A program made the position numbers and the translations under genes. A stretch of 32,000 nucleotides of DNA from Candidatus Heimdallarchaeota archaeon B3_Heim. GTDB taxonomy: Archaea > Asgardarchaeota > Heimdallarchaeia > Hodarchaeales > Hodarchaeaceae. The notes below the pieces were generated by a model. That model ran no database searches. It worked only from the letters and a program-made list of their open reading frames with translations, and was not told the DNA's origin. The stretch covers positions 1 to 32,000 of the forward strand of contig NJBF01000018.1 in the NCBI GenBank assembly GCA_003144275.1, read 5' to 3'. This document shows positions 9,237 through 17,071 of this stretch, piece by piece. How positions within the stretch are numbered: position 1 is the stretch's first letter; each line of letters opens with the position of its first letter.

Positions 9237-11213
9237 TCAGCCCTCCATGAGTTGTTGCAATCCCAGTGTCGTAATCCAATCAGTGTTCTCTGATCGCAAG
9301 GTTTCAGCATTTGGCTTGTATTTCAGCTCCTGAAGAGTTTTAAAAGCTTCCATTCGGATGAAAGTTGTTTCTTTTGGATCCAAATAAATCTTGAATATCA
9401 ACTCGGTACCCTTTTTATCAACATCATGTTGTTCAAGAGCTTCTAGTGAGGCCTGTCTGACACGTTCCGCTTTTGATTGATCAACTGCAAGATCTAGAAG
9501 AATTGCGGTGACTTTCGGATTTTGATAAGTCCGTAAATTTCGGACAGCAATTACTCGAATGATGGTCGCAATGGATTTATTCTTAGCGATCATTAGTAGC
9601 AAATCTTCCTCTGTACCTTGTCGTGAAACAAAATCAACAATAGATCGCTTCACAGGATTGGGTAAATCCACAAAATCTTGTGAAGTAGTATACATTTGAG
9701 GTAAGGTACCTGTGAACCATGAAAGAGAGTCGATGGCCCGCCCTCTGAGAAATTGATCATCGTTTTTGTTCTCTGCAACGGTATTAAGGAAAGGAATGAG
9801 TTTACTTCCAACCCGACTAATCAGAATTCTCAGAGCTAGTTCCCGTAGTTGGTAGCTTTGTTTTGAATCTTCAAAAATCTCAAAAAATTTGTTTGCCACA
9901 GGATCGGCAGAAATGACTGGCTTAATGGGAGAAATACCTGCATCAGGGAAATCATTAACTACCTTTTTCCGTAAAAGCTGAATTGGTTCCTTTAATTTGT
10001 ACTCAGGTACCCCTTTGCCAAAAGCCTGGATAGAAATCTTTGAATTTTCAAGAGAAAGTGCTTCAAAAGATATTATCGAATAGTTACGACGAAATTCTTC
10101 CAGGAGACCCGCATTCAGTTGAAATTCATCGATGCCCTCTGATTCAAACCCAACTCGGGAAGAAAAGTGATGTTGTAAATAGTTGAGACAAACCCACTTA
10201 ATGGAGGCAAGTTCATAGGGATTTTCCAGAATATTAGTGATTAATTGATTTATTTTCTCTTCTTTAAGAATAAGGGGTAAATTTCTGATAATCTTAGACC
10301 GTTCATTTTTGGAAATCTTACGGTCGAAGAGTAATTTCCATTCTTCGTACCTTTCATAGCTACCGACATTTCCTATCACAAGTTCTTCGTTTACAGTTGA
10401 AGTCCTGACACCTGAATGGTTTTTTATTAATTCATAGAGTTTAATCATGTCTTCAAGATCCGTAGATTCATCAAGCTCATTGTTGATTATTTCTTGTTTT
10501 GTTAACATCTCATCGGAGTTATCTATAATTTGGAGAAAAGAGTGAAAGGTGTCAATGATGGGATTGTCTGAAAATTTCTGTTTAATGTTGAAGAATCTGA
10601 AGGAACACTTATTACATCCTGCTGCTATCGTTTCCTCTCTCTCAAATCTCACCCATTTAGCAATATTATCGGCGATAAGTGAATCATATTCACACATAAT
10701 AGGCCCTAAATCCTCCCGTCCAAAGAGTTGGAATACTTCTTGGTAAAGACAGCGGTTGATATCAAAAGCAAATTCTTCTTTAGTTGCGGTAACTTCTTTT
10801 AGCTGGAAATATTCGTTATCGTAGATTTTTTGATTACCTTTTCGGGTATCCTCTACAAATGTGGCCCAAGGATCTTTCGAAGACGCCATAAATCGCCGTT
10901 GAGGTTCTAAAACCATTTCTTCAAGCATTGTTTTGTAAATAGCAAGGACTAATCTAGTAACAATAGTTACATCTTTTTGACCCTGCTTACCAGGAAGGGC
11001 TTCTTCCAAAGCGATCACAAAAACAGGATTGATTCCATAAAAAAGTTGTGTTTCATTGAAATTCTCTTCTAACTTCAATTTTTCATGAAGTTCACTAAAG
11101 CGTTGTGAAAACGAAGAAAGTACTTCTTTGGCTTCTTCAGGGTCAAAAGATCTTTCTAATTCTTTAGAGGTCAATATAATGAAATACTGAAACATCTGAT
11201 CCATTTGAGACAT
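9237..11213 (-). CDS. ATC-hydrolase-like (V4R-related) domain fused to HEAT-like repeats
   Basis: The N-terminal ~210 aa contain FAFDINRCLYQEVF...IMCEYD...FEREETIAAGCNKCSFRF, typical of the L-2-amino-thiazoline-4-carboxylate hydrolase-like domain. The C-terminus has repeated helical units (LRELALRIL, LRGRAIDSL, IRVIAVRNL, VRQASLEAL, IRMEAFKTL). Confidence 0.75.
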   Translation of the reverse strand: MSQMDQMFQYFIILTSKELERSFDPEEAKEVLSSFSQRFSELHEKLKLEENFNETQLFYGINPVFVIALEEALPGKQGQKDVTIVTRLVLAIYKTMLEEMVLEPQRRFMASSKDPWATFVEDTRKGNQKIYDNEYFQLKEVTATKEEFAFDINRCLYQEVFQLFGREDLGPIMCEYDSLIADNIAKWVRFEREETIAAGCNKCSFRFFNIKQKFSDNPIIDTFHSFLQIIDNSDEMLTKQEIINNELDESTDLEDMIKLYELIKNHSGVRTSTVNEELVIGNVGSYERYEEWKLLFDRKISKNERSKIIRNLPLILKEEKINQLITNILENPYELASIKWVCLNYLQHHFSSRVGFESEGIDEFQLNAGLLEEFRRNYSIISFEALSLENSKISIQAFGKGVPEYKLKEPIQLLRKKVVNDFPDAGISPIKPVISADPVANKFFEIFEDSKQSYQLRELALRILISRVGSKLIPFLNTVAENKNDDQFLRGRAIDSLSWFTGTLPQMYTTSQDFVDLPNPVKRSIVDFVSRQGTEEDLLLMIAKNKSIATIIRVIAVRNLRTYQNPKVTAILLDLAVDQSKAERVRQASLEALEQHDVDKKGTELIFKIYLDPKETTFIRMEAFKTLQELKYKPNAETLRSENTDWITTLGLQQLMEG

Positions 11214-11282
11214 GTGAATCCCTTATAATGATAAAAAATACTACATTAGTAACCATAACCTTCATCCTATAAAAAGAATACA

Positions 11283-11290
11283 TTTATATG
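11283..11290 (+). promoter_or_regulatory. Candidate archaeal TATA box (TTTATATG) for the 118-aa gene
   Basis: Lies 25-32 nt upstream of ATG 11315, after a purine-rich stretch. No RBS is visible, which is consistent with a leaderless transcript. Confidence 0.35.
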
Positions 11291-11314
11291 AGGATATAGT
11301 ATGTTAATGTACTA

Positions 11315-11671
11315 ATGAGTAATCCTCAACGAAGAACTTCTCGATCTATGTTGGCACGTGCAAAAGCGATTTTTAAGATAATCAATTATATGGATGAACC
11401 ATTTGCTAAAACGAAATTAACAGATGCAAATATAAGTCCAAAGGCCGCAGAAAATTGGCTAGATCTGATAGTTTTTATCCAAAACCAACCAAAAATACGA
11501 GTAACTAAAACAAAACGCATTACATTGGTCGAGAAATTAGGTGGAAGATTCTCTCAAATGAGCCTCAACTACTTTTTAGATGAAACTCAACCAATTGAGA
11601 AAAGAATGAGAAGTTTGGAAGCTTACGCTAATTCCGTAATAGTCCAACAGCGTTTAACTAATCCAGAATAA
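11315..11671 (+). CDS. Small basic protein, probable winged-helix-like DNA-binding protein
   Basis: 118 aa and basic. A helix-turn-helix-like segment (KTKLTDANISPKAAENWLDLI) is followed by a beta hairpin (KIRVTKTKRITLVEK). Transcribed divergently from the cassette. The paralogous remnant at 6229-6406 supports that it is coding. Confidence 0.65.
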   Translation: MSNPQRRTSRSMLARAKAIFKIINYMDEPFAKTKLTDANISPKAAENWLDLIVFIQNQPKIRVTKTKRITLVEKLGGRFSQMSLNYFLDETQPIEKRMRSLEAYANSVIVQQRLTNPE

Positions 11672-11722
11672 ATTTTATAAGATATATCGAAGTGAGATCC
11701 TGTGTATCAATTGATACAAGAA

Positions 11723-12013
11723 TCAGATTTCTATACCTATTCGCACATCTTTGGCATTCTTCCATAGTTCGTTGAATCTAGCTCTTAATTCGTTAGCAAA
11801 ACGCTTTTGCCACACATAGATCGCCGCGAAATACTCCGTGGGGTTAATGGGGTTTGGAACTTTAAGAAAAACTTTTTCTCCATAGATAATATCAAAGCCT
11901 GCAGTGTCAGGAACTCTGATTACATCAATCATGGCATGAAATAAGCCACCTAAACTTCCTCTTGACCCCATTGATCGAATAAATAGTTCTGGATCGGTAC
12001 TGAGTCCATCCAT
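11723..12013 (-). pseudogene. C-terminal fragment of a TrmB-like regulator (effector/PLD-like domain)
   Basis: FDIIYGEKVFLKVPNPINPTEYFAAIYVWQKRFANELRARFNELWKNAK resembles the end of TrmB-type effector domains. There is no HTH and no room for one upstream. Confidence 0.45.
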
Positions 12014-12064
12014 TCCTATACGTTCATTGAACCTCAGAATGATAGATTTAACATAATATAATAT

Positions 12065-12967
12065 CTATTCCGTTGGGGGAAAAATTAATGCATTAGTATT
12101 TTGTAAGCAGAGCGAAGCAGTTATTATTTCAGCATCATTTTCGATTTTCGTCATTGCTTGAAACACTATGAGAGAATCAGGTTCTTTTTCTACAATAGCA
12201 CAGAAATCTTTCAGGTAAATTGGGCCTTGATTGAGCCGTAATTCTATTTTTCTATTATCTTCTTCAAGTCTCTCCTTGATTATGTTGAAGAAAATCTCCA
12301 TTCGTTTCAACTCCTTTTCTTCAACTAAACTCGAATAAAAGACATCGATTTGCGCATTATCTTCGATCAGAGCGATTAACCATCCAAGAAAATCATTCTG
12401 GAAAATTGAACTTCTTATTAACACCTTAATATCTTTAACAGGTGTTTTTTGGGCTTTTAATACCAAATAAATCGGAATTCTCCCCTTGAGAAGATGTTCT
12501 GTTATGACTTGATCTACTGTCGTCCCTATGCTAATCATTTCTTGTTTTTCTTCTTGAGCAAATAACGTGAAAGGGGCTGGAATCACTATTAAATCTATTC
12601 TTCTTTTTTGGATGATTTCCTGCATCCGGTTAAAAGGTGTTTCTTTGTCATCAGGAATAAGAGCCACATTAAATAATTCTTTTTCGCCTGAGAACCTTTT
12701 TTTAATTCTAGTTATTAATTCAGGAAGTGTTTCAAGATCAATATTCGCAGCTTTTGCTTGAGACCGATATCCGCGAACAGCTAGAAGGAAAATGAAGCTT
12801 GCATTCGTCCTTTCATTCAACTGTTCAACTAAATTGAAAATAAAATCCTCCCGATCTTTAGTTTCATCAAGAACTAATAGAATGTTCTTGATATCTGTTT
12901 CATCGGAAATCTTGGATTTTTTAAAGATTTCTTGGAATTTCTTGATTGAGTTTTCAAAGTCATCCAT
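12065..12967 (-). CDS. Universal stress protein (USP)-like, probably tandem domains
   Basis: NILLVLD, IDLIVIPAP, SIGTTVDQV and RIPIYLV match the USP pattern. Start moved to ATG 12967, which follows AGAGGA. Downstream of an ArsB/NhaD permease, a common pairing. Confidence 0.7.
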   Translation of the reverse strand: MDDFENSIKKFQEIFKKSKISDETDIKNILLVLDETKDREDFIFNLVEQLNERTNASFIFLLAVRGYRSQAKAANIDLETLPELITRIKKRFSGEKELFNVALIPDDKETPFNRMQEIIQKRRIDLIVIPAPFTLFAQEEKQEMISIGTTVDQVITEHLLKGRIPIYLVLKAQKTPVKDIKVLIRSSIFQNDFLGWLIALIEDNAQIDVFYSSLVEEKELKRMEIFFNIIKERLEEDNRKIELRLNQGPIYLKDFCAIVEKEPDSLIVFQAMTKIENDAEIITASLCLQNTNALIFPPTE

Positions 12968-12986
12968 TTTTGTTCCTCTTTTGCCC

Positions 12987-14324
12987 TTAAATTGAAAGTA
13001 ACCATAAACCAATAATGTAAAAGGATCCAATAAGTAATTGTAAAAAAGATGTTATGCCTCCATATTTCACAAATTCCAAGAATGTAACTCTAAATTGTGG
13101 ATTATCTAGACGGTTTAGTGAAGATACTGCTTGAACGGTTGAAGCTGACCCGATTGGTGTCATATTTCCACCCAAATTCGTCCCAATAACGACAGATACT
13201 AAAAGCGGGTTAAAGTGAAGAGCAGGATAATCCTCTAATAATGTATCCATAACATTAGTCATGACAGAAGCCACAGGAATGTTGTCTAATACGGCTGATG
13301 CTAGAGCATTGATCCATTGCAGAGCGATAATCCCTCCTAGAAGATTTATTTCGCAGAAGACTTCAATTGGTGCAGCTAGAATTTCCAAGATACCAACTTT
13401 CTCAGCAACGCCCACAACTGTGAGAAGACCGATCATAAAAAAAACTAAAGACCATTCAACTTTTTCTAAAGCTTGATCCACACTTTCACCAATGAGTCCA
13501 AGCATAACAAAACCACCTGCGATCGCAATATACCCTAATTCAATCTTAAAAGGTAAGAATGATGCGATTGCAAAACTAAATATCGTCAGAATTAGTACAA
13601 TGATCGCGATATTAAAATCCCTCTGATTATTTACAACCGTTTTTTCATTAATAAGAAGAATTTCTTCATAGTTTCTTCTAGATATCTTTTTCGAAAAATC
13701 TTTTCTAAACAGAAAAACCCAAAATATGTATGTTAGAATCCCAGTAATGAACACAAAGGGAGCTGTTAAAATAAAGAACTCAACAAAACCTATATCGAAA
13801 TGACCGCCAATAATGAGATTCGGAGGGGATGCTATGCGAGTCATTGTTCCTCCAAGATCGGCAAAAATTGCTTCTCCTAAGATAAAGGGTTTTGGATTAA
13901 TGTTTAGGGCCTCACATCCAACTATCGTGATTGATCCGATTAGTAATATTGCCATATATGCATCTAGCAATGCAGAAAAGATTAATGTTAAAACACATAG
14001 CGCAAATAGTAGTTTATATTGATTGTCTCCACTTTTTTTTAATACAACTATTGCTATATAGTCAAATATTCCTGTTGTTCTTGCAACTCCAACCATGAGA
14101 GTAATACCAATAATTACTAATAGTAGATCAACTTCTAAGAGCTCAAGTAGATGTTCTACATCAGGGATTAGAACCTCACCGTAACTATCAGGGATTATTG
14201 CGATAAGTAAAGCAAATCCAGCACCCATCATTGCTGCTAATGTTTTATGAACACGCTCAGAAATGATTAATAGAAGGGTTAAGGCGAAGATAAGAATTAT
14301 AAGCAATTCTGGTACTGAAACCAT
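12987..14324 (-). CDS. ArsB/NhaD (IT superfamily) anion or cation permease
   Basis: HKTLAAMMGA, SALLDA, ADLGGTMTRIASPPNLII, SAVLDNIP and GTNLGGNMTPIGSASTV are hallmarks of the family. Start moved to ATG 14324, which follows GGTGA. Confidence 0.9.
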   Translation of the reverse strand: MVSVPELLIILIFALTLLLIISERVHKTLAAMMGAGFALLIAIIPDSYGEVLIPDVEHLLELLEVDLLLVIIGITLMVGVARTTGIFDYIAIVVLKKSGDNQYKLLFALCVLTLIFSALLDAYMAILLIGSITIVGCEALNINPKPFILGEAIFADLGGTMTRIASPPNLIIGGHFDIGFVEFFILTAPFVFITGILTYIFWVFLFRKDFSKKISRRNYEEILLINEKTVVNNQRDFNIAIIVLILTIFSFAIASFLPFKIELGYIAIAGGFVMLGLIGESVDQALEKVEWSLVFFMIGLLTVVGVAEKVGILEILAAPIEVFCEINLLGGIIALQWINALASAVLDNIPVASVMTNVMDTLLEDYPALHFNPLLVSVVIGTNLGGNMTPIGSASTVQAVSSLNRLDNPQFRVTFLEFVKYGGITSFLQLLIGSFYIIGLWLLSI

Positions 14325-14802
14325 ATTTATTTCACCAAATTTCGATATCTTATTTCTCAAAATATTCATTCAATGTTTTGGATTAGTGGGACGAGTCTTT
14401 AATACGAAGAGTTTGGAGAGTGATCAAACCCTATTCATTTAAATCAAGGTGTGTATAATTTTCTTTAAAAACATTCAGAATTGACAATCTTTTGTAGTCA
14501 ACGATATTTACTTACTTAAATTACCTTAACTTGCCTTAATCTGAAGGGATATGTAACAATGAACCTTCTTAGAGCTGTAGAAAAGAGGCCGTTCCTATTA
14601 ATTATACTTAATACTCGGGATATAATAAGTTGAAACATTGTATCAGGGGTAAAACCTAATTCATTAAACAAGACTGAATCAATCTAAAATGAGTTATTTG
14701 GAAACTTAATTAGCTGGTTAATATTGAAAAAACCATCTTGTACATATCATCAACAGTGAAGTAAAAAAAGGTGCTATGTTAGTTTACCATGGAGGAGAAA
14801 AA

Positions 14803-15750
14803 ATGAATTTAGATGATATGCTAAGAATTGATGCACCTGTAACCAAATCAAAGATTGTAACGTTCATTCGTTCTACTTTGGAAAAAAGAGAGATCGATGG
14901 ACTACTAGTTTTATACAAATACTGTGTAGAGTCAATCACAAATGTCCACCTTGCTATAGAAGCTGTAGGAAGGAATAATGTGAAGCTAGTAGTTACAAAA
15001 GGAAGACTTCTTAACAAACAACCTAGGGAACAAATGAGTCTTGATGCAATAAATCGGTATTTAGATCTTCCAAAAGAGAATATTGTATTTGTCAACCAAG
15101 AAAATATCCTCAAAGAGATCAGCGATGTGTTTTCTGGAAGATATGGCCTAAAAGCGGGAATCGCTGTTTCTGACTCTATTCCATCCTTAAATTATAATTT
15201 AAGTTATTTCTTATTACGAGGTATGGTTCAACAAGAAATGGAGCAAAAAACTTACGCTGCTCCCTTGAAAAAGCCATCGACGCAAAGAGAAAAATTTATT
15301 CAAAGAGCTATTGCCCACTATAAGAGTCAGATTCGGTTGCGAGTGCTTCTTGCATTTCTCCTAGCTGAAACTGAAAATCGATCATATCTTGGGTCTGTAA
15401 ATAAAAGCGAATGGCTTCTAGGGTTATTCACTAAATTTGGAACATATCATGCGGCAGATTTTTTACCTTTAGCCAGTCTCTATCGAACTCAAGTCATTCA
15501 GCTTGCTAACCATCTTGGTCTTCAAGAGTTTTTAACTTCCAAAGTAGCTCCACGCCCTCCAAGCTACAAATATTTCTTTAATCTTTCCGCTGACGAGGTT
15601 GATCGTATTTTAATACGAATAGAATCTGGATTTTCTGTGAAACAAATTGCAGAGGATACTGGACTCTCTTCAAAAGCGATCAATAAAGTAAACTATTACT
15701 ATCAATCATCAGCTTACACACGGACGGTACCATTAATACCAAAGTTATAA
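14803..15750 (+). CDS. NH3-dependent NAD synthetase (NadE) homolog, probably catalytically inactive
   Basis: Retains QIRLRV, GSVNKSEWLLGLFTKFG and DFLPLASLYRTQVIQLA. The SGGxDS PP-loop is replaced by YKYCVES. Start moved to ATG 14803, which follows GGAGG. Confidence 0.75.
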   Translation: MNLDDMLRIDAPVTKSKIVTFIRSTLEKREIDGLLVLYKYCVESITNVHLAIEAVGRNNVKLVVTKGRLLNKQPREQMSLDAINRYLDLPKENIVFVNQENILKEISDVFSGRYGLKAGIAVSDSIPSLNYNLSYFLLRGMVQQEMEQKTYAAPLKKPSTQREKFIQRAIAHYKSQIRLRVLLAFLLAETENRSYLGSVNKSEWLLGLFTKFGTYHAADFLPLASLYRTQVIQLANHLGLQEFLTSKVAPRPPSYKYFFNLSADEVDRILIRIESGFSVKQIAEDTGLSSKAINKVNYYYQSSAYTRTVPLIPKL

Positions 15751-15842
15751 CAAGAGGAGAGTCGCACGAAACTATGGTAAGAATAAATTATTATTGGTGA
15801 AACTAGTTTTTATCAAATTATCGATTGGTAAGTGGATTTAAA

Positions 15843-16724
15843 TCATTTTTTTCGCTTGGACCAAGTCACTAGCATCATTATCACTAAAATTGGGAGAATT
15901 CCCACACCAGATGTCTCAGTGGTTGTTGTCTGAGTGGTTGTTGTAGTAGTCGGGTCTGGGAAATCATCTTTAACAGCTGTTTTAATTCTTTTATATACCC
16001 TCTCAGATGATAATAATTCAATGTGGGCTAATCCTTCAACCGCAGTATTATTTGCTCCGTCAAGAGGTGGAGATATAGACGGGATTGCATCATCCAGGCT
16101 ATAAATTGATGTATATGAGATATTCCCTGGAACATGAGTACTATTATAAATAATCCCCGAAACAGGATCGGTTCGATTTCCTAAGGTATCATTTAAAATT
16201 CCTCCAGGAGTTTCATCCCCCTCGTTTAAGATTACAGCTAATGCATTGACACCTTGAGCTCCACATGTAGCAATATTCTCCCCATGATGTGGGCTCCCCA
16301 AGCTTACATAGTCTTCGACTTTATCTAACCCATCTAGAAACTTAATATAATATCTACTACTTAATCCTCCCATACTATGTCCGACTAGATCAATTTTATC
16401 TGCACCAGTATCATTTAAAATTTCATCTACCCATTGACTTATCCTGTTTGCATTGTTTATATTAGTCTGAACACTGCAATTATTTTTATCATCAAAATTA
16501 TAGGATTAGAGATTTGTGCTTGGCCACCCATCGGTTTTTAACCATAGTTTTAAAGTATCGAAATCTAAAGAGCTTCTTTTCCATCCATGGATAAACAAAA
16601 TGGGATTATGAGTTAATGAACCAATCTCACTTGTTTGTATATCAGCTTTATGATCAGCAAAAGATGGGGAAATCTGAATAAAAAATACAACGATTAACAA
16701 AATCACTTTTATTGAGTTTTTCAT
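15843..16724 (-). pseudogene. Secreted, membrane-anchored alpha/beta hydrolase (lipase-like) interrupted by one in-frame TAA
   Basis: The 72-aa and 176-aa ORFs share a frame. Reading through TAA at 16508-16506 gives signal peptide, NPILFIHGW, ...STNL*SYNFDD..., DLVGHSMGG (nucleophile elbow), SLGSPHHG and GLAH, then a Thr-rich linker, a TM helix and KRKK. Confidence 0.85.
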
Positions 16725-17071
16725 GTTGAATTCTCTCCAAGTTTAATAACGCTAAAGGAGGATAAAGGTCTATATTAAGTTATCCTCAGTTTATACCTAA
16801 TTTCTCTCATCTGATTTCATCCTCATGGTGAAGAGTCTACTAAATTTAATCAGCCTTTTATTAGTTTGATCTACCATCGTTATTCAAGGAATGGTATATA
16901 CTACGGCATATAAAAATCTTATTGAAACGTTGGTTAAGCGACAGAAAATAAAAAAAATTTACACCACCAATATAGGTTTGACGACGGTGTATTTTCCTCT
17001 TAAATTCAAAGCTCATTGCATCGATTCAGACTGAATAAAGTAAGAAAAAAGGAAATTGGGTAAATCCTTAA

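Noticed and set aside
9234-9279. 43-nt overlap between the 658-aa and 956-aa ORFs in the track
   Set aside because: It disappears when ATG 9234, which has a GGAGG RBS, is used as the start.
12065-12067. Amber (pyrrolysine) recoding as a general feature of this genome
   Set aside because: TAG ends complete genes at 17072 and 22521, the lipase lesion is TAA, and no pyl genes are in the window.
5574-13476. Short ORFs nested in or antisense to long genes (5574, 6794, 7370, 10549, 12567, 12792, 13261)
   Set aside because: All overlap well-supported genes on the opposite strand and show no motifs or RBS.
15910-15960. ACT/ACA/ACC-type short tandem repeat
   Set aside because: It simply encodes the Thr-rich linker of the hydrolase.
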